From the NCBI GenBank assembly GCA_001275005.1, contig JWZX01003015.1, forward strand, positions 1-38,176: a DNA stretch of 38,176 nt, in the 5' to 3' direction. Position 1 is the stretch's first letter; the number at the start of each line of letters is the position of its first letter. Below are positions 1-9,883 of this stretch, piece after piece. Position numbers and translations under genes: made by a program. The stretch is from Chrysochromulina tobinii. Lineage: Eukaryota. The notes under the pieces were generated by a model. It was not told the DNA's origin. It made no database searches and saw only the letters and a list, made by a program, of their open reading frames with translations.

Positions 1-86
1 TACCCCCGACCGTCGAGGAACAGCACACTGCAAGATTTGCCCGCAGCGACTCGCTTGCCGCAGTAGAAGCAGTCGCGCGACGTCAT
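1..86 (-). CDS. 5' end of a gene running off the window (CxxC-containing N-terminus)
   Basis: Minus-strand ATG at 86 reads MTSRDCFYCGKRVAAGKSCSVLFLDGRG, open to the window edge. It is divergent from the gene at 335 across an AT-richer spacer. Confidence 0.35.
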   Translation of the reverse strand, partial: MTSRDCFYCGKRVAAGKSCSVLFLDGRG

Positions 87-334
87 TGGCACGCGCAAAA
101 AAACCTGAAAACTGACGCAACTCATTACGGAATGAGATTTGCATGCCCCGTGACCGCAGACACATGCCTGGATCCGTCTATGCACCCTCTCGATGGGTGC
201 CACACGTAGGGGGGGTGGGGAGTTCGGCACAAAAAAAAGGCCGCGACGGCGCCCGCTTCATCCCTCCTATTCGACACCCACTTTGAAGTGCAACTCAAGG
301 GTCTGTGTGCGCTGTGCGCGCGCGCCTGAGTTCC

Positions 335-2511
335 ATGCAGGTCGCAGTCCTCGGTGGGTGCGGCTTCATCGGCCGACACGTGGTGGATGCTCTCCTCGCC
401 GAATCACCACAGAGCGCTGTGATCGTCATAGACCGCGCCATAGCTCCACTTCCTTCCACTGTCGAGCTGCGCATCGCCGACTGCGGCAATGCCGATGAGC
501 TGCGTCGAGTCCTCGCTGGCGTTACATGCATTATCCAATGCACAGGCCTTGTCGACACGCGAAGTGGCCGATTCCACGAGCCACGAATCCGTCGCGCCAA
601 TGTGGAGGCCGTTGAGCAACTGCTTGCCGCTTGCCGGGCTGTCGGCGTGCGGCGCCTCGTCGCGCTGTCCTCCGCAAGTGCTCTGAGTGATGGTGCATGG
701 GGTGACAATCACGCAGCAACATCCGGCACCGGCCGCGCCTCGGCCTACGGGCGTTCGAAATATGATGCCGAGGGGCTCGTGCGGGCCGCCAATAGCCCGG
801 CGCTTCGCACCGTGAGCATTCGACCGCAGATGGTCTTCGGCCCAGGCGATCCGTTGGTGAGCGATGACATGCTACTCTCAGACGTGCTGCCACCTACAGT
901 GGGCGACGAGCAGCGCACGCACACGCCCATCTATGTCAAGAATCTGGCGGCGCTGCTCGTACGTGCGGCGGCCGAGCTTCCTGTCGATGACGGACCGACG
1001 ACCTCGGCGGTCGCTGCGGGCAAAGACCGTCACCTGCCTCGGTTGCGTGGCGGCGAAATTCTCAACGCAGGCGACGCACACGTGCCATCCAGTGAGATTC
1101 GCGCTCTGCTGCTCTCGTGCCGAGCCGCGCCGCCCCGCCGCCCTCTCCACGGCCTCTTGCCGGAGCGGATACCACTCGCCATCGCGTGGCTGCTCGCCTG
1201 TTGCCTTGAGGCGCTTGACGGGCTGCTCTGCATTCTTCTCGTCACGCCGCTGCCGTGGAAGGCGCTGAAGCTCACGCGCGCGGCGCTGTACTACATGTGC
1301 GGCGCCGAGTTCGCCTTCGAGCGAGACGCATACGCCGCTCTCGGCATGCAGCCGCCCTTCTCCTTCCCCGACGGCGTCGCCGCCGACCTCACTGCGTATG
1401 CCGCCGCCAAGGCTGCTACTCGCGCCGCGTCGCCGGCGTTGGCGCTGCCCTTTTACGACGGCGCGACGGTGGTGCTCACGGGCGGCACGGCAGGCCTCGG
1501 CATCGCGCTGCTCGATGAGCTGGCGCGTCACGCGGCGACCATCTTCCTCGTCTGCCGCTCGCGATCCAAGGGTGAGGACGCCCGCGCCCGCTGCCGCGCG
1601 GCCGGCGCGCCCGCAGCGATTGTCGTCGTTCTTGCCGATCTCATGAGCATGCGCGAAGTCGCAGAGGCTGCACGCACCATCCGTGCGGCATGCAGCCGTA
1701 GCCAAACGTGCATCGACGCCGTCATCCTCAATGCTGCCATGTTCGCTGCGTGTGGCCTGCGCGGCGGCCGCGTGCTCTCCACCGAAGGCCTCGAGGCGCA
1801 GTTTGCGGCGAACGTGTGCGCGCCCCACCTGCTTCTTCGCGAGCTGCTGCCGAGCATCAGGCCCGCACACGGTCGCGTACTCGTGACCGGAAGTGGCGCG
1901 CCGCGCGCCGTCGGCTGGCGTCTTGAGCAAGACGACAGCGTCAAGCCTCAGCTGCAGGGCGAAGCTGGCGTTGGCCCCGCCGGCTTCCAGCAGTACACAT
2001 TGACCAAGCTGATGGTGGCCATGCTCGCCGCTGAATGGACTCGGCGGGAACCGGGGCTCGACGTGCTCGTGTGGAATCCCGGCGCCACCGACAGCCGTAT
2101 TGCGCATCGTCCTCGAACCTGTGCTCCTAATTTAGTAACCCAGGAACCTGGGCTTCCAATGCGCCCTTCCCCGCCGCACGCTCCACGTTCTGACCGTAAA
2201 AGCGTTCGACTGTCTGCGCAGAGATGGGCGACAACGTCGCGCCGAGGCTGGCCGCTCTGCTCAAGCCGCTGCTTCGCACCTTTTTCCGCACGCCTGCACA
2301 GGCCGCGGCCCTTGGCCTCTCGGCGTCTGGAGGCCCAAGAGGCGTTCGGGGGTACCTGAGCGATGGTGACCTCGGCCAGCCCAGGTGCTCCACGGCGCCG
2401 ATTGCCTTTGGAGCGGTTGGTGGTGACGTCGCAAGTTCACGGGGTGAGTGGCTGTGGGAACAAACGGAGCAGGCAATCGAGAGCGTGCTCGGAAATCATA
2501 CTCCTGATTGA
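335..2511 (+). CDS. Fusion of an extended SDR (3-beta-HSD/epimerase-like) and a classical SDR (retinol dehydrogenase/WWOX-like); 2 exons (335-2096, 2222-2511)
   Basis: N-domain: VLGGCGFIG, YGRSK, IRPQMVFGPGD. Hydrophobic linker. C-domain: TGGTAGLG, ADL, ILNAA, YTLTK, NPGATDS. A GT(2097)...CGCAG(2221) phase-1 intron joins to QMGDNVAP...FFRTPAQAA, a typical RDH-type C-terminus, with TGA at 2509-2511. Confidence 0.8.
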
Positions 2512-2694
2512 CAGTTTTCCACTTCGTGGTGCACTGAGTCGAGCTCAGAGCAGAAGCGAGAGAGGCGTCGTGCTCATTTTCAACCGAAACGCGAAAGCAA
2601 AACCCTCACTTCCTATCTAAAATCACATGACATGAAGGACATGTATAGTACGTGGTGACAGCTTCGAACGGAGCAGCCACCGAGGACGTCTGGC

Positions 2695-3243
2695 TCAGCA
2701 AATCACGTCCAGTGAGTTCGGTGCGGCCGCAACGCCCACTGGGGGCCGCTGGGCCTCGGACGTTGGTACCTCAAAGAGCCTCTGGACGACTCCGTCCGTG
2801 GGCCCCGGCGTCGTGAGACTGCCGCTGGCACTGCCGCCGCCGCCGCCGCCTGGGAAGGATGTGCCGCTCTTGCGATCGCTGAGAGCGATACCTCCCGAAT
2901 CCCGCATGGACACGCTCCGAGCGGAGACCTTGCCCGGCCGCGAGCGAGCAGAGTCGCACGTAGACATCTCCCGAGCAGAGGCGGCGGCCTCGGCCACGTA
3001 GTCCTCATCGGCACCATCTTCCCGGCGCCGAATCTTGAGGGCGGAGGGTGCCGCGCCCACATCGTTGCCACAGCTGCCGTTCCGAGCGGCGAGCTTGCTC
3101 GGCCGCGAGCGCGCAGAGTCGGTTTCAGCCACGTAGTCCAGTACATTGGTACCATCCTCCGGGCGCAAACTCTCGAGAGCGGCGGCCGGCGAAGGTGGGG
3201 CGCCCACGTTGCTGCCGCCGCTGCCGCCGCCGCCGCCGCCACT

Positions 3244-3278
<35 letters not shown>

Positions 3279-6200
3279 TGCCGCCGCCGGATAGCTCTCC
3301 AGATTTGGCGCGCCCGCGCCTGCCGTGTTGAGGGCTGTTGCCGTGTTGAGAGCCGTTGGAATCGATCCGGTTCATCGCACGGAGGAACACTTCTCGCAGC
3401 TTGTAGTGTACCATAGGGGGCGTCTGCTTGTCCATTTCCCGAAGAACCTGGGCCAGATCTCTGCTCATGGCAAGAATCTCATCGTAGCTGCCGCGCGGAT
3501 GCTTTGGAGGCAGCATGGGCTCCGGCAAGTTAGCCTCTCTGTGCTTCTTCAGCTTTATCAGCGTCTTCAAGGTGGGAAACGCCCCTTTCGTGCCAGCCCC
3601 ACTGCCCGAGCCAAACCACGAGCTGGGCACTTTCTTGGACTTAACCTTTGGCCCTTTTTTGCCCCCTTGGGACGACTTGCGCCGCATTGCTGCGACTTTT
3701 GCGGCGGCCTGTGCGGCGGCGGCAGCGCGGCGCGCCTCCTTCACGTTGCGGAGGTACGCCTTGTCGCGCTCGAGCGCTTTGTCCATGAGCTTGACCTCGA
3801 GGCACATGATGTCGCAGTAAGTGATGGCGTCCGCGGTCCCGGAGCACTGTGGGCGTTCGTTCGAGATGCTGCCCGTCCAGTAATCATCGAGCCCACAGTT
3901 CTCGTTGTTCGAGATGGTTCGCTCCGTGCCGTCGTGCGTCGAGATCTTAACGATGCCCCTGTTGATGAAGTAGACGTTTTTGAGTGCCATGCCCTGCTTG
4001 GCAACCCGCTGTGCCGGGATGAAGACCGCGGCTTCGAAGCCGCGGAGGAGCGACACGAGCGCCTCGTTCGAGACCTTGTGGAAGAAGGTGCAGCTCAAGG
4101 CGAGCCGCTTGTTCGTGGTCAGGCTGAGCTGCGTCGTGAGAGCGGCCGGCATCGACTCGAACAAGTTCATGTCTTCGAGCGCCGCAGACGAGCCAAGAAC
4201 ATAATGGTAATACTCAAGGATGCGCCCGCGCAGGACTTTCGGCACCTGCTTGATCGTGAGGTACGACTTGATCGCAGCGATCTGCTTGCCCGTGAGCTCC
4301 GCTTTGGCGTTCATCGAGGCCAGGGCTTGGTTGAGCGACGAGATGACAAAGGCGTTGAGCATCAGAGCAAAAAACATGATTGCGCAGGTGACGATCAACT
4401 CGACTACGGTGACCGGATTGACGTGGCGCTCCCCGAGCGAGGTGATCATGCCAGCGCCCCAAAAGAAGGCATGCATGTACTTCATGGTGACACTCGCCTC
4501 GTTCTTGAGCCAGTGGGGAGGATGCCACTCGTTCTTGCCGCTCGATTCGATGGCGTAATAGGGCGTATTCATCCACGAGTAGCTGGACGCACCGTCCAAC
4601 TCCTCGGCGATCTCGAGGTCGGAGATCATCCACCAGAGGCAGCCGAAGAGGTGGCAGCAGAAGAGCAAGATGAAGACGAGCTTGAAGACCGCGAGCACGC
4701 TCGGGTTGAGATATTCCTCGAAGGACTCCAGCACCTTAGCGAGTTTGCGCATGCGCGCGAGCTTCGTCAGCTTGGCCATGCGCATGAGGCGCAGCATCCG
4801 CGCGGATTGCGCGGAATCGCCGCCGGTGCCACCCGCCGCTTCGTCCGCCGCCATCTTCATCTGCGTGATCTGCTCGTCGCCGAACGGGTTGTCCGGATTG
4901 GTGAGCATCTGAATGATGCCGAGCGGGATTGTGCCCGCCACATCCAATCCGAAAGCGCCCGTCAGGTAGGCTTTCATCACAGGCCAGTCGTCGTTCACGA
5001 AGTGGCCCTCGTGCATATAGCCAGTGCGGAAGTTGATGGTAATGTCGATCATGAACCACACGTCAACGAGGAAGTTGAGCCAGAACCAGAGCTGGAACGA
5101 ATTGCATTCTTGGCGATATATTTGTGGTCCGAAGGGGTCTTCCGGCCTGGTACAAAAGGCGCGGACCATGTCTGACTCGAAGGCGATCTCGAGCGGCACC
5201 GCGAGGGCGCAGTACAGGATGAAGAAGGCTAGGACCACGTTCCAGGTCGAGCAGAAGCGCGATTCGGGGTGCAACACGGGGAAGCAAATCACGCCACAGC
5301 AGCCGCGGAGCGTCTGAAATTTCTCCGGGATGACGCGCTCGAGCAAAAAGGCCTTGAGGCGTGCCATGAAGCTCGGCGCTTTGTTCGGGCCGCGCCCGCC
5401 TCTTCGCTGTCCGCCCTGCTTGAGTCTGTCCTCCTCGCCCTCGGGCTCCCACCAGACTTGGATGCGCACTTCGCCCTGCGGTTCCAGGGAGCTGATGATC
5501 TCGCGCCGAATCCCGTTGCAGTACGCGTGGTCGGCGAGCTCGATCTCGGCTTCGCCTAGCATGTCGTCCACGGAGCTCAAGTCAAAGTCCCACACGGACA
5601 CCTTCAGCGGCTCGTTGACCACTTGGCCAAGGACGCCGGCGAAGGTGAAGATCTCATTATGCCAAACCGGGTCGAGCGTTTCGTAGAGCTTGCGCGAACG
5701 CTGGCGCTGCCCGCCAAGGTCCAGCTTGCAGTACGGGTCGGACAGGCCGTTGGAGTCGGCCGCGACCAGCCCCGTCGCGCTGATCAGTTGAACGTACAGC
5801 GTCCCTTCAGCCCCGAAGTCCGCCATCGTCGGCTCGTTGCGCGCATTCTTGACGAAGTACTCATCGATGCGCCCACGCACGTCCTTCAGCATCGCGTTGA
5901 CGTCCTGGTCGCCCTCGATGAGTTCCCATTCTCGCCCCGGATCGTCAGACGGCTCCTCCTCGACGCGGCCGAGCCGCCGCTTGCTCTGGGCTCGCTCGAA
6001 CTGAGGCGAAAGGCTCGGAGAACAGGCGCACGCGCTCCCGCCGTGAGCGCTGTCACCCGGCGCTTCGCTGGAGGGGGAGGGGACGCGAATGCTGACGGAG
6101 GAATGGCAGTCGCTGCCACCTTGCGGTGATGCTGCCGCGGGTCGGAATGATATGGCTTTCAAGGAACGCTGATCGCTGGCTTGTCGCAGCCTCTGCCAGG

Positions 6201-7674
6201 GTGGTTGGTCTGACGGGCTGCACGGGCCGACGAGAACGCCCTTCGATGTCAAGCCCCCCTCAGCGCTGATGCCCCCGGCGCTGATGCCGCCAGCGCTAAT
6301 GTCGCCGCCGCTGATGCAACCGGCGCTGATGCCGCCATCGCTAATGCCGCCGCCGCTGATACCGATGCCGCCGCCGCTGATGCCCCCGTCGCCGTCGCCA
6401 TACTTGGCGGCGAGGAGGTGGCGCAGCTGGCCGATTTCCTCGCGCAGGCTTTGCGTGGCGTGCGCGTGCTCTTCGAGCGTTGCTTGCAGCGTGTCCTGAT
6501 GCGTGGCCAGCGTCCCCCACGTGCGGACGAATCTCTCCTCCAGGCGTGCGAGCGTGAGCACATTAGATACGAGCGTTTCCGCACTGGCGCTGGCCGCGCT
6601 CTCCGCCGCAATCATCTTCGTCATCACACCGTTGCCGCCTTGCTTGCGCCCCCCGGCGGTTGCCGCCGGGGGCGGCACGTCGGGGGAGCCGCCGGTTTTG
6701 CGCACATATTCGTGGGCGGCGGCGGCGATGGCACACTGGGGGTCGAGCTGCGATCGCATGTGGGCTACAGAGAGCAGGTCACACGTGGCGGCCGAGAGGG
6801 CATAGCTCGCCTCGAACCAGCGCCGCGCATCCTCGAACTCGCACGCCTTGTTGGCCGCGAAGCCGCAGCCACGCACAAGCGGCAGCAAGCGCTCGGTCTG
6901 AGATGCGCGAAGACCTACCATCGCCGGCGCGGCGAGGAGTATGCTCAATTCGGCCTCCGCGGCAGCACGCGCGCCCTGGCTGCCTGGGTTGGCCTTGGCG
7001 CGGCTGGGCGGGGTGTTTGGCGGCGGCGGCGGCGGGAGCGTGGCGATCTGATGAGAAGAAGCGCAGCCGAGCAATAGCGGCGAAACCTCGTACGAGGCGC
7101 CTGCCGACGATGAGCTGGTGCTGGTGCTGGTGGTGCTGCTGCTGCCGCAGCCGCCGCCGCCGCCGCCGCCTGCAGCGGCGCTGCCGGGCGGCTGCGAGGC
7201 CGCAACAATGCCATCCATGAGTGAGATGGCCTCTCCGAGGTGGCGGTAGACGGCGTCGCGCTCCTCCTTGGTGAGCTCCATGCGCAGGAGCCGCCTGTAC
7301 AGCGTGTCCGCTAGCTTCCACTGGCCGAGCTTCATGCGCATGTCGACGGCATTTATGAGCTCGGGGAACGCCTCCGGCTTGGCCGCAAAGCTGAGCTCGA
7401 ACCATACGCATGCCATATAGTGCGCTCCGCGCTCGCTGAAGACGTGGCCCAGGTGCGAGAGCCTCCGGTGCATCCACTCGCGCGCGTCGCCCTCGGGCAG
7501 GCTGCAGTGCCTGGGCCGCAGGCACTGTTCTACGAGCGCAGGCCGAGGCTCCACATTGCAGTCCTGCAGCGGCGTCGTGGGGCCCGAGTCGTCGGTGCTC
7601 GACTCTGAGGATGTAGCACTCGGGCTTTGCTGCTTCTTTGGACTTTGCTTGGCTGGTGGCACTAGGTTTTCCAT
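2695..7674 (-). CDS. Voltage-gated CNBD-superfamily (EAG/HCN/CNG-like) cation channel with N-terminal TPR-like repeats and a C2 domain
   Basis: Single long ORF; likely start MENL at 7674, with an upstream ATG at 7761. C2: GLVAADSNGLSDPYC...VWDFD..DD.LG. S1 preceded by LHPESRF..TW; DITINFRTGY; basic S4 RMLRLMRMAKLTKLARMRK; HLFGCLW; pore YMHAFFW; C-linker RILEYYHY; CNBD-like VYFINRG...AITYCD. Confidence 0.88.
3213..3290. repeat. (GCC)n trinucleotide repeat encoding poly-Gly/Ser in the channel C-terminal tail
   Basis: Interrupted runs of gccgccgcc that translate as GGGSGGGGGGGGGGGSGGGGGGSGG on the minus strand. Confidence 0.85.
6255..6390. repeat. Degenerate 15-bp coding repeat (GGISA/GGISG pentapeptides)
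   Basis: About 8 copies of gcgctgatgccgccn-like units, giving GGISGGGIGISGGGISDGGISAGCISGGDISAGGISAGGISAEGG. Confidence 0.8.
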
Positions 7675-8221
7675 CACAGGGCGATCGCGGGAGGCACGTC
7701 TTTTTGCACTTTTTGCTGCGCAGAGCGGCGCCGTTTTCCGTATGCGTTTTTCGAGAAACATAATAAACTCGCAGGAAACGACACTACCGGTAAATTACGG
7801 TTCATTTATAAATTTCATTGGGCTGAATGGGACCAATGTTATGGAGGGCCTTCTTTTCTCGGCTCCGTTACCGGTGTCGGCCGCTGGGTGGGCACCGGGA
7901 TTGGCGTGGTCGGTGCGTCGGTGCACGTGCGTCCGGTGAGTCGATTCGAGTTCTTGACCACTTGACTCTTGAGGTCCTTATGGGTCGATTCTGTGTGACT
8001 GTCTCTTGTGTGTCCCGACTCCCCCAAGTGTCTTCTAACTCGGTGTTTTCTCGTGCAAGAGGAAGTCGCCCACAGGACACACTAGGGGTACGGTACCGGT
8101 AAGAGTGTGCGCGTCGTGTGTCAGAAGTCACACAGACACACATTCACATTCACACACACACGTGTGTTTCACAGGAGCAGCACGTGTCCTTTAACTAATG
8201 CCTTCTGCATAGGAATTTCCT

Positions 8222-9316
8222 ATGCCTTCAATCCTGACGTGCCTTCCCTTTGAGGGTGTGCCGAAGCCGCTGCGATTCGATGGCGTGGACGAGGCTCTCG
8301 CGGCTATCTCGGCGCACCTCCGCCAGCGATCGGCCGTCGCTCACAAGGAACGCGTAGACCTCGCCGCATTACATGCCCACTCCGGCCAGCGGTTTGCACA
8401 ACACGTCCTCATCCCTGACGAGCTGCACGCGACGTTGCGCGGGCTCCATGGCGTGGCACCGCTCGTGCTGCTGCCCGAGGGTGCAGGCAGCGCGACCCCC
8501 GTCGGAATCGACGCCATCGTCCTCTTCTTCGATACATACGGCCCACTCAAGGGACTGCCGCCAAACAAGCTGGCGACGATGTTGTTGAATGCTTGTGGCC
8601 TCAGCGCCCGCGCGACGCCGTGCGGTGACTGCTTTTTTGTACGCTTGCGTACAGGCACGTCCGGCGCGCCGGCCCTTGGTGGCGAGGCCGCGCCGCAGCT
8701 CGTGGCTCAGCGCGACTGGCTCGAGGCCGCACAAGCGGCCATTAAGTGTGCGGAAGGACCATCGGCCCTCGAGCAGATCCTAACAGCGCGGCTCGCAGAG
8801 ATCCATCGCAGCGAAGTGGCGGCATCGGCCAGTCCGGCTGCAGCGCCTCCCAAGCCAGCCACAACAGCCGCGTCCGCCGAGGCGCCTGCGGGCCCGGCGC
8901 CTACGCCGCCACCACCGGCGCCAACAGAGCCGGGCGTGGCATCGGGCAACATTGCCACCGAGGACGGGAGTGATGGCATGGCTGCCAGGGCGTGCACGGA
9001 CGTGCTGACTTGGGTGGACGGTGACAAGGCGTCGGGGCAGCAAACCACTCTTACCGTAAGTATCCGTGTGCCCGCGGGCACCAAGGCAAAGAACCTCAAG
9101 GTGACCATCAAAGAGCAGTCGCTCAGGGTAGAGGTACTCACGATGCAGGGTCCGGCGCGCGTGCCCATCGACGGCCGGCTCTTCCAGCAGGTCAAGGCCG
9201 CCGAGTGCATATGGTGCGTCGAGGATGGCCCGGTCGCGGGGGGGGAGCGCGTCCTCATCATCTCGCTCGAGAAGGCCCAGCCGATGCGCTGGCTCTTGCT
9301 GCTACGCACCGACTGA
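8222..9316 (+). CDS. CS (p23/NudC-like) domain protein with an uncharacterised N-terminal domain
   Basis: C-terminal LTVSIRVPAGTKAKNLKVTIKEQSLRV...IDGRLFQQVKAAECIWCVED...LIISLEK...W matches the NudC-type CS signature. A Pro/Ala linker precedes it. Confidence 0.8.
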   Translation: MPSILTCLPFEGVPKPLRFDGVDEALAAISAHLRQRSAVAHKERVDLAALHAHSGQRFAQHVLIPDELHATLRGLHGVAPLVLLPEGAGSATPVGIDAIVLFFDTYGPLKGLPPNKLATMLLNACGLSARATPCGDCFFVRLRTGTSGAPALGGEAAPQLVAQRDWLEAAQAAIKCAEGPSALEQILTARLAEIHRSEVAASASPAAAPPKPATTAASAEAPAGPAPTPPPPAPTEPGVASGNIATEDGSDGMAARACTDVLTWVDGDKASGQQTTLTVSIRVPAGTKAKNLKVTIKEQSLRVEVLTMQGPARVPIDGRLFQQVKAAECIWCVEDGPVAGGERVLIISLEKAQPMRWLLLLRTD

Positions 9317-9883
9317 CCAACGTAAACTTCGTCCTAGTATCTCCTTTGAACTCGTGTGACATAAACGGCTGTGCAAGCGACGCAAAGTACCGGTGGGGCT
9401 GGTCTACGAGATGCGCGCGCGCCTACAGGTGGTAAATCCGGATTTGGTTACAGACTACAGATACCCACCGGGCCCCCCGAGCGCGGGACGGGTACGGCTA
9501 CGGGGTAGTACCAACGTACGTACGAAAATATATTATAAGTTGCGGGTTCGGTGGTGCCCGGCGACGACGGTACGATCGTATCATACGTCGATACATGGCC
9601 CAGTGCATGGGCCCAGTGATGGTCCGCGTCCCGCGTGCCCGTGCCCGTGGCGAAATTTAGTGCAGCGCTTTCACCTAGCTTTGCACTTTGGTCCTTTCTT
9701 TCTCCCGATCGACACAGAACAATTCCAATCGTCCATGACAACAGAGCGTAGATTTTTCCGCACATTCCGCGCTGGCGCATCGCATCGCACCTCTCTTGAG
9801 TCTGTCGCGCGTCGTTCTCGGTGCGGTGCACGCCCTCGTCGACAGACGAGCGACGCGACACGTCCGGTCCAGAGGTACCGCTT

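Noticed and set aside
2097..2359. Apparent frameshifts/pseudogenes in the SDR fusion, AKR and tropinone-reductase-like genes
   Set aside because: Each break is resolved by a canonical GT-AG intron that restores conserved motifs.
3325..5175. Long antisense/overlapping ORFs (e.g. 3325-5175 +, 878-2107 -, 33065-34036 -, 34159-35076 -)
   Set aside because: These are shadow frames of GC-rich coding sequence, Arg/Ala-rich with no motifs. The opposite strand has clear family signatures.
7990..8170. Inverted repeat tctgtgtgact/agtcacacaga and CA/TG-rich tract
   Set aside because: An 11-bp match in low-complexity CA/TG sequence with no TSD, so it is not enough to call an element.
9380..9760. Palindrome-rich spacer between convergent genes as an ncRNA or MITE
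   Set aside because: Only short (9-10 bp) imperfect inverted matches, and no tRNA, snRNA or other recognisable RNA motif.
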